Below the pieces are notes generated by a model, which saw only the letters and a program-made list of their open reading frames with translations, made no database searches and was not told where the DNA came from. DNA of 39,755 nt. Source: a virus. Its lineage: Duplodnaviria > Caudoviricetes. The translations under genes and the position numbers were made by a program. Below are positions 33,416 to 39,755 of the stretch, piece by piece; the first letter of the stretch is position 1, and each line of letters starts with the position of its first letter. The stretch spans positions 1 to 39,755 of the IMG/VR virus record IMGVR_UViG_3300037408_000299, one strand, 5' to 3'.

Positions 33416-35223
33416 TGCCTCGTCGTGGTATAGCCCTGCAGGAGCCGGACGTAGTTCGCCCCGGCGTCGCTAATCTGAACCGTGACGGTGAGGTCGTTCG
33501 TCGTCGTCGTATTGATGGCGACGTTGCTCGCGTAGGCGTCAATGGAGCCGGACTCTGTATCGAACTCCGAGAATATCTCCATTTGCCCGGATGTCCCGAT
33601 GTTTCGGAAGGTCAGCACCGTTTCAGAGTGCCACGGACGGAGCGCTGTCCCGCTGCTTGTGATGACATTCGTAAGCAGGGTCGTCGCTCCTTTCTTGATG
33701 CGGAACGTGAGCGTCTTGGACGCTCCGGCAGCGATGGAATAGTCGCCGTGGAGCATGATGGTCACGACCTTGCCGACCGACGGATAGTTCGCTCCCATGT
33801 TCGCCGTGTAGAGCGTCGTCTCGGCGGTCGAGTTCGTATCGACCACGTTCGCCATCACGACGTTGTGCGTCATGTCGAAGTAGCGATTGACAATATACTG
33901 CCAGCCGCCGAACGCTCGCTGCGTCGAGTCCCAATATATGGTACCGGGCTGGATGTCCGTCTCCTTTACGCCCTTGAGCCGAATCTGCTGGACGAGCATG
34001 GAGTCGATGTTAACGTAAGGCCGCTGCTCCCACCGTTGCGTCGTCGCGTTCCATGCGAGAGGCCCGCCGTTGGTGGACGGCTGAGTCGTATCGACATTCG
34101 CAATCTGCTCAAGGTCGAGATGCCTGTCAGGATGAACAAACAGGATGCCGTTGCTCGCGTTCTGATAGACGACCGTCGCTACGAAGTTCTGATGGTGCGG
34201 AGCGTTCGGCACCGTATCGGTCAATGCGCCCGGCGTCCACTTCGAGGCATAGAGTTTTGTTCCCTCTGTCCATGCGTTCGTATTCAGGCCGCGCACGTGG
34301 CCCCATGTCGTCACGAAGCCGGTCGCGTTGTCGTCGATGTCTTCCGTCGTGACGCCGATGACGCTCGCCGTCGCCTCTGCGTTTCCTCGGGTGAGAGCAA
34401 TCGTCGGTCGCTGTCCCTGCGCCCCGTTGACATAGACGACGCTTCCTTCGGGAATGTCCGAGCCCGTCTTGTTCGTGCTTCGCAAATATTCCTCTTGCCC
34501 GACTTGGAGCGTGACCGCTGTGCCGGATGGGACAAGGTCAACGGTCTTGTCGGTATTGTTGAATGTCAGCGTTGCCGTGTTCTCGGTCGGCGTGTTGCCG
34601 TCACCGATGACAACGCGGCCCGGAACGGCTGGCGTGCCGACGCGCATCGAGTCCCGAACGAGCAGAGCGCCGAGAATTCTCATGTAGCCATAGACGTCGG
34701 CAGAGTCGAGGATGACGAACGCCCCGGCTCGGTTCGAGGCGGTGTCGCCATAGAAGCGACCCTCGACGTCCATGTCCTGCTTAAAGAAGTTGTGGACGTT
34801 CAGCGTTGCAATCGTATCGGTTCCGCTCAGGATGGGAATGATGAGCGTGCGGCTCGCGGGCCACGCTGTCGTCGGCGGTCGCATGTCGTACGTTTCCGTC
34901 GAGGCACTTTGGTACCAACGGACAAGCCCGTTGCCGACGCCGGGGTCGCCGACGCGCACCTGCTGACCGAACTGTCCGGAGCCGTCTATGTCAAGCAGAG
35001 AACCGTCGCCGAATCCGACCCAGCCGATAGTCGAAGACACTTTGACCACTTGGAAGAGACCGTTCGCCGCGACGAGATAGCGAACGAACGCCGAGTCGAA
35101 GCGCCGGTTGTACGTTCCGAGTTTCCGGGTGAAGTCGCCGTCCGGGATGAGCGAGCCACGAACCGGGATGTCCTGCGCCACCAGAGGCGCGAAGAGCAGA
35201 AGTAGAGCGAGAAGTTTCTTCAT
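33412..35223 (-). CDS. Signal-peptide-bearing tail-fibre / receptor-binding-like protein (603 aa)
   Basis: MKKLLALLLLFAPLVA|QD. Beta-repeat stalk and a cement-like domain (NKTGSDIPEGSVVY...GFVTTWG.V...TEG..LY); last tail gene; 9 D(S/T)-hydrophobic sequons. Confidence 0.75.
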   Translation of the reverse strand: MKKLLALLLLFAPLVAQDIPVRGSLIPDGDFTRKLGTYNRRFDSAFVRYLVAANGLFQVVKVSSTIGWVGFGDGSLLDIDGSGQFGQQVRVGDPGVGNGLVRWYQSASTETYDMRPPTTAWPASRTLIIPILSGTDTIATLNVHNFFKQDMDVEGRFYGDTASNRAGAFVILDSADVYGYMRILGALLVRDSMRVGTPAVPGRVVIGDGNTPTENTATLTFNNTDKTVDLVPSGTAVTLQVGQEEYLRSTNKTGSDIPEGSVVYVNGAQGQRPTIALTRGNAEATASVIGVTTEDIDDNATGFVTTWGHVRGLNTNAWTEGTKLYASKWTPGALTDTVPNAPHHQNFVATVVYQNASNGILFVHPDRHLDLEQIANVDTTQPSTNGGPLAWNATTQRWEQRPYVNIDSMLVQQIRLKGVKETDIQPGTIYWDSTQRAFGGWQYIVNRYFDMTHNVVMANVVDTNSTAETTLYTANMGANYPSVGKVVTIMLHGDYSIAAGASKTLTFRIKKGATTLLTNVITSSGTALRPWHSETVLTFRNIGTSGQMEIFSEFDTESGSIDAYASNVAINTTTTNDLTVTVQISDAGANYVRLLQGYTTTRQ

Positions 35224-35948
35224 GGCGTCTTGTCCTGAAGTGCGATGCCGAGCGTGACGTAGAACTTCCCGTCAGCATAGGCCGCGCCGGTTCGTTGTGC
35301 GGCGAGTTGAAAGGTGATGTCGGTTCCGCTCTGAGCAATCTCGCCAATCTGCACGATGGCCGCTTCTTGGTGCGATTGAAGAACGAGCACCGGAGAGTAG
35401 TCGGTGAGCAGCATGGCAGGATAGGGCAGCCCGGAGTCGTCCGTTGCCAGAACGCCAGAGTTCGTCGTGAAGGGCTGCGGAGCGTCGGGCGTCCCGGTGA
35501 CTTCAATGAAGGTCTTGTTATACATGTTGTCCTCGGTGATGACGCCGGACGGCGGCCAGCGAGTGTAAATGTTCGTGTCCTTGAGCCGGAGCCGGTAGGA
35601 CGGATTGAGTTCGGTGTCGAAGAGCCACTGCGCCTCGAAGCCAGACGGGTCGGCCAACACGACCGAAACGTCGCCAGCGTCGGGATGATAGACCCACTTC
35701 GTGCTCGCCTTGAGGAAGCGCATGACGAACAGGCGGTCGTCCCGGTCGAACAGCACTCCAAGGTAGAGCGAGATGATGCGCCGGAAGCCCTTGAAGTAGG
35801 TGCGGATGTGCCCGTCGTTCATGACGAACGAGAGCGGTGGGAACAATTCGACCGCGTCGGGATGCGTCAGGCCGCGCTCTGTGACCAGAGGCAGGACACG
35901 CGTCATGGTCACACCGCCGTCGTCGTAGTTGAGTTGAATCGTCGCCAT
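35220..35948 (-). CDS. Distal-tail-like protein, paralog B
   Basis: N-terminal ~130 aa align with the C-terminal half of 35951..36760. Confidence 0.55.
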   Translation of the reverse strand: MATIQLNYDDGGVTMTRVLPLVTERGLTHPDAVELFPPLSFVMNDGHIRTYFKGFRRIISLYLGVLFDRDDRLFVMRFLKASTKWVYHPDAGDVSVVLADPSGFEAQWLFDTELNPSYRLRLKDTNIYTRWPPSGVITEDNMYNKTFIEVTGTPDAPQPFTTNSGVLATDDSGLPYPAMLLTDYSPVLVLQSHQEAAIVQIGEIAQSGTDITFQLAAQRTGAAYADGKFYVTLGIALQDKTP

Positions 35949-35950
35949 GC

Positions 35951-36760
35951 TCAGGTCGGAAAGTCGTCACGAATCTCTGGCTCCACGAGCCGGAACTGAT
36001 ACGCTCGCATGAGCGAGCAATCGAACAGCCACTCATTCTCGAAGCCGGTGACATCCTCAAGCGAGAACGGAAGGTCGTTCTCGGTGAGCCAGTCGATGCT
36101 GCGATTGTTGTCGATGAGCCAGTAGATGATGCGCTTCTGGTCTTCGGCATCATGCACCGAGCCGACGTCGAACCATGCCCGCCGACGAATGCCGGTGATT
36201 TGGTCTTCCATGCGCCCGTCGAGATAGGAGCGTTGCAGCGGCTTCCAGAACTGGAAGAGTTGCGGGTCGCTGACGCCTTTCTCCGCGAGCACGTCGAACT
36301 CGATGCACTCGCAAGGCAGGCCAATGTCGTCGAGGTAGAAGAACTCGTCGTCGGCGCACCAGACGTCGAGCGAGGTCGTCGCTGTGAGCGCGATGAAAAC
36401 GAAGGACACCAGAGTCCATGTACCGTCAGGAATCAGGAACGCCGCCGAGGTGACGCCGCCCGTCCTGAAATAGACCGAGCGCGTGTCGCCGCTCGACTGA
36501 TAGACCCAGAACGGATAGAGGTAGCGCCGACCGACGACGAATGTCGGGTTGTGAGGCGACGCCAACGTGACGTAGTTCGCTGACCCGTCGCTCGCTCCGG
36601 TTCCGCACTTGAAGGAGTAGGAACCACCGTGGGCATAGGTCGCCGATTGCACGACGGTTGCCGTGCCGACTCCCGCCCAGTTCCCCACGCCGCTTTCCGC
36701 ATTCCGGTTGGCGGCGGTGGGGAGCGTGAGCGCTCCGTATCGGAGTCGAAGCGTTCTCAC
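35951..36760 (-). CDS. Distal-tail-like protein with inserted CBM-like domain, paralog A
   Basis: CBM-like N.NAE...W...FYLDDI insert after the first strand; core homologous to the next gene. Confidence 0.55.
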   Translation of the reverse strand: MRTLRLRYGALTLPTAANRNAESGVGNWAGVGTATVVQSATYAHGGSYSFKCGTGASDGSANYVTLASPHNPTFVVGRRYLYPFWVYQSSGDTRSVYFRTGGVTSAAFLIPDGTWTLVSFVFIALTATTSLDVWCADDEFFYLDDIGLPCECIEFDVLAEKGVSDPQLFQFWKPLQRSYLDGRMEDQITGIRRRAWFDVGSVHDAEDQKRIIYWLIDNNRSIDWLTENDLPFSLEDVTGFENEWLFDCSLMRAYQFRLVEPEIRDDFPT

Positions 36761-37722
36761 GACACGACGGAATCGAAGGCGCTGTTGAGCATCTTGCCGA
36801 GCATCGTGAAGCGAACGACCCGGTTCTTCTCGCCGTCACTCGCCGACTCGAAGTTCACTTTGAGCCCGGTCTTTCCATCGAGCGTCAGCACCAGCCCGTC
36901 GATGAACGTGATGATGGCTTTCGGCGAGAGCGCCAGCATCTCGTCGAGCAGGAGCAGGTCGGCGTTGTCCGTCGCCTTCCAGTCGAGTTCGATGTTGACC
37001 GAGAGCGACGCCGGCAGAAAGCGCCGGATGCTGTCCTCGTCGGCGAGCCCTTCGACCGTGCACTTGACGTCGCTGATAGGTGACATGGTCTGAGGCGAAG
37101 CGCCGCCTTCGATGTCGAGCGTCAGCGAAGCGACGCCGCACGAGCGGATGTGCGTCAGGTCGGGCGAGCCACCATCCGTCGCCGCCGTATAGACGCCGAT
37201 GGCATGGAAGGTTCCGGCATCGCCGGTCGCCTCGAAGTTCGCCGCAGCGAGCGTCGGCTTCAGGAGCGCCAGCGTGTTCGCGGTCGAGGCGTAGATGCTG
37301 CCCTGAAACTCAAGCAGGATGTGCCGGTCGTCTTCGGGCGTCCCATCAGCCACGAGACGGCCCTTGACACCGACCTGAGCGGCCGTGACATGTACCCATC
37401 CTTCCGATGCGGCCCCGGCTGGCGTGACGGCGTCGGACAGCTTGAAGAGGAACGAGTTGAGCCCGTTCTGGATGGTGTCGAGCAGTTCGAGTTCGGTGAG
37501 CGACGTCTGCTTCATCTTGCACGACGCGGTGAAGTTCCAGACGCCCTGCGAGCGGTTCTTGCCCATGCTGTTCGGCTTGTCGAACGACTCGATGTTCATG
37601 ATGCCTTCGGCAAGGTCGCCAAGGGTCTGCCACTTCTCGCCGACCCCGGCGATGTAAAGACCGATGAATGTGGCGAGCCGCATATTGGCGGGACTCGCGG
37701 TGGTGACGACGGGGAAAGGCAT
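36757..37722 (-). CDS. Probable major tail tube protein with internal duplication
   Basis: Strong AAGGAG SD and two similar halves; no other tube candidate in the genome. Confidence 0.55.
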   Translation of the reverse strand: MPFPVVTTASPANMRLATFIGLYIAGVGEKWQTLGDLAEGIMNIESFDKPNSMGKNRSQGVWNFTASCKMKQTSLTELELLDTIQNGLNSFLFKLSDAVTPAGAASEGWVHVTAAQVGVKGRLVADGTPEDDRHILLEFQGSIYASTANTLALLKPTLAAANFEATGDAGTFHAIGVYTAATDGGSPDLTHIRSCGVASLTLDIEGGASPQTMSPISDVKCTVEGLADEDSIRRFLPASLSVNIELDWKATDNADLLLLDEMLALSPKAIITFIDGLVLTLDGKTGLKVNFESASDGEKNRVVRFTMLGKMLNSAFDSVVS

Positions 37723-37743
37723 GGTTGAATCTCCTTGTGGTGT

Positions 37744-39627
37744 TTACTCTTCTTGCAGCCAGAGCACTTGTGATGAGTTCGACTCAAAGTCCTTTGTGAC
37801 TTCTGTCGCGTAGTAAATGTCCGTCGTGATGAGGTCGCTGATGCTGGTGCGCTTCATGGGTTTCAACGAGCGATGCGACGTTACCGCCCCGTCCGTGAAC
37901 TTCATGGAGCCGTAGCCGCGCTCGAATGCTTTTTGTCCCGGCCCAAAACGGCGTGAGTAGTAGAGCATGAGCGCCGCTTGGATGCTGTCCCAGTTCGCGG
38001 CCCAGTCGCCCGCCTGCCAATCGTAGAACTGCGCGAAGAGGCAGGTCTTCATCGTGCCGCCGTCATTGTAGAAGAGCGACCGGTACTGATAGATGGAGAA
38101 CCCCGGAGCGGCCGGAACGAAGTCAATTTGAAACTCCGTCAGGAAGTCGATGTCGAACTCAGCACCGGGCGGCGGGTCTGGAATGGACATGTCGGCGGTC
38201 GGAACGAGGATGCGAATGCCGAATAGATAGTACCAGACTTCTTTGCTGCCCGTCCGGTAGGCGTATTGCATCGAACGGTCGATGACCGATAAGCCGACGT
38301 CGGGGATGGTCGCCGGGAGCACATCGCCAACCTTGACCGTCGCCTGCTTCTTCTCCGTCGCTGAATAGAGCAGCGACTCTTCGATGCCCTTCTCTGGCGT
38401 GATAGTGTTCGCGTACGAATTGCCCCGCGTCAGAAATTCGAGGCGGTGCTTGTCCGTCGCGTCGCCAGCGAACGAGCCGTCTGCTTGTCCGTAGAAGTGG
38501 CGGCACGTCCAGCCGAAGTTGAGGCAGAGCACGCGAAGTAACTCGAACACGTTGGCGTATCGGGTCTCCCAGTGATAGGGATTGTCGTCCGATGCCGGGC
38601 AGTCGAAGTAGCCGCGCGGAATGCCTGCGGCCGGGTCATGAGCGCCCCGGATATAAGTGTCCATCGCTTCGACGACCGTGAGCCCGTCGTCTTTCGTGAA
38701 CCGGATGTCGGTCGAGCGCACGATGACGTTCGTCGTCGCGTAGGTCTGCTGGAAGCCGACCGCGACGATGGACGCGAGCACGCTCTCAAGCGTCCAGAAT
38801 CCGGCGACCGCGCTCTCATGCGCCAGCAATTCGGTGATGAGTGTCGAGATGCTCGTCGCTTGGATGGCCCTCGTCAGCGAGACGACCGAAACCCTGACCG
38901 TCCTGACGACCGCGCTGTCGTCCGCTGCGACATAGTGCTCCGGCCATTGAATCTCGTCGCGATAGACTTCGCCCCAGAAAAAGAACGTATCGACTCCGTC
39001 CTCTTCGAGGATGAACCGGAACTGCACGCGCCGCGTCGGGTCTTCCATGAGCACGTGATACCAGAACCCTTCCGGGTAGGTGCTGTAGTCTTCTGCAAGT
39101 TCGAGTTCCAAGTTCTCGACATCGACGAGGCCGGGCTCGACGTCGATGCGCTCGACGAGCGGCCCGATGCTCATGATATGATTGCCAAACGGCAGCGTCG
39201 GAGCAGCGACCGACGAAGGCAGGACGAGACTGACTTTCATCACGCCGCCCGCGTTGTTCTCGACATCAGCCAGAGCGTAGAGCGTCCACGGTACGGCGCA
39301 CTCGCCAGTCACCGGAATCAGTATCGGGCTGGCAGGATTCGGAGCGTCGTGCGCCACGCTTAGGGTGAAGTCATAGCCGCCGTAGGAGCCGGGCGAGAAC
39401 GTCAGTTCAACGTCGCGTGAGTCGCCATTGTTGTCGAGATTGAAAGCGGAGTCGCCCGCGCCGAGCACGAAGCCGGTCGGCACCGGGTTAATGGTGACCG
39501 CTATCGCAATCGACGGGGTGGTCGTATTCGTGAAGCGGATGACCGCCGAACCCGACTGCCCAATATCGACTACGCCGAAGTCGAGACTGCCAGCGACGAC
39601 GTCGTATGCGAGCGCTTGATACGCCAC
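37744..39627 (-). CDS. Tail tip / hub-like protein with N-terminal Ig-like (ASH/choice-of-anchor-D-like) domain
   Basis: SLDFGVVDIGQS...FTN...F.P...G..D..L.V.HD...IPVTG Ig-like pattern. Its GTG overlaps the tape measure stop. Confidence 0.6.
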   Translation of the reverse strand: MAYQALAYDVVAGSLDFGVVDIGQSGSAVIRFTNTTTPSIAIAVTINPVPTGFVLGAGDSAFNLDNNGDSRDVELTFSPGSYGGYDFTLSVAHDAPNPASPILIPVTGECAVPWTLYALADVENNAGGVMKVSLVLPSSVAAPTLPFGNHIMSIGPLVERIDVEPGLVDVENLELELAEDYSTYPEGFWYHVLMEDPTRRVQFRFILEEDGVDTFFFWGEVYRDEIQWPEHYVAADDSAVVRTVRVSVVSLTRAIQATSISTLITELLAHESAVAGFWTLESVLASIVAVGFQQTYATTNVIVRSTDIRFTKDDGLTVVEAMDTYIRGAHDPAAGIPRGYFDCPASDDNPYHWETRYANVFELLRVLCLNFGWTCRHFYGQADGSFAGDATDKHRLEFLTRGNSYANTITPEKGIEESLLYSATEKKQATVKVGDVLPATIPDVGLSVIDRSMQYAYRTGSKEVWYYLFGIRILVPTADMSIPDPPPGAEFDIDFLTEFQIDFVPAAPGFSIYQYRSLFYNDGGTMKTCLFAQFYDWQAGDWAANWDSIQAALMLYYSRRFGPGQKAFERGYGSMKFTDGAVTSHRSLKPMKRTSISDLITTDIYYATEVTKDFESNSSQVLWLQEE

Positions 39628-39628
39628 T

Positions 39629-39755
39629 ACATAGTCCTTCCTCGACGACCACGGGACGCTCTGGCTTGCACCAGCACGATATCAGTTCCTCGCAGACGGG
39701 TCTCAAGAACAATCGGCTCGGACGACATCGGAGCCGACTCCATGCGCGATGCTTT
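39629..39755. repeat. Terminal direct repeat, copy 2 (circular assembly overlap)
   Basis: Identical to 1-127. It encodes the C-terminus of the tape measure protein, whose stop TAG is at 39627-39629. Confidence 0.95.

Noticed and set aside
33412-35223. Diversity-generating retroelement targeting the fibre
   Set aside because: No reverse transcriptase and no template/variable repeat pair seen.
39629-39755. 127-bp terminal repeat as a biological DTR or att site
   Set aside because: The length equals a typical assembly k-mer and it falls within the tape measure gene, so it indicates circularity only.

Overview
The window is an apparently complete, circularly assembled ~39,628-bp tailed-phage genome. 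Bases 1-127 recur at 39629-39755, which looks like an assembler overlap. Every credible gene is on the minus strand, and the many plus-strand ORFs are shadows. Transcription order: early promoter and structured leader (~30.2-29.7 kb); early genes (DUF7694-like, AAA+ ATPase/DUF1257/DUF2997 module, SWIM, ART-like, DUF3150-like, RHH, PD-(D/E)XK nuclease, SSB); RNA attenuator (~20.65-20.15 kb); small accessory genes; NinG-like; ParB-N/GREB1-like glycosyltransferase/TerS/TerL; Mu-like head and neck genes; frameshifted tail chaperone; tape measure (spans the origin and is missing from the ORF track); siphovirus-type tail genes; lysis cassette. I found no integrase, transposase, CI-type repressor or DNA polymerase. 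Signal peptides with Gln at +1, a TAnnTTTG-containing promoter and AAGGAG Shine-Dalgarno sites suggest a non-Bacteroidia FCB host (Ignavibacteria/Rhodothermia-like); this is inference. The best candidate new system is five virion-module proteins with Sec signal peptides, each followed by Gln and together enriched in the Bacteroidota O-glycosylation sequon D-(S/T)-(A/I/L/M/T/V). This suggests virion decorations or fibres that mature in the host periplasm. Other highlights: an AAA+ ATPase with Walker B before Walker A, several large structured non-coding RNAs including a promoter-dependent antitermination switch, and near-total GATC avoidance. All family assignments come from motif recognition by eye, not database searches.
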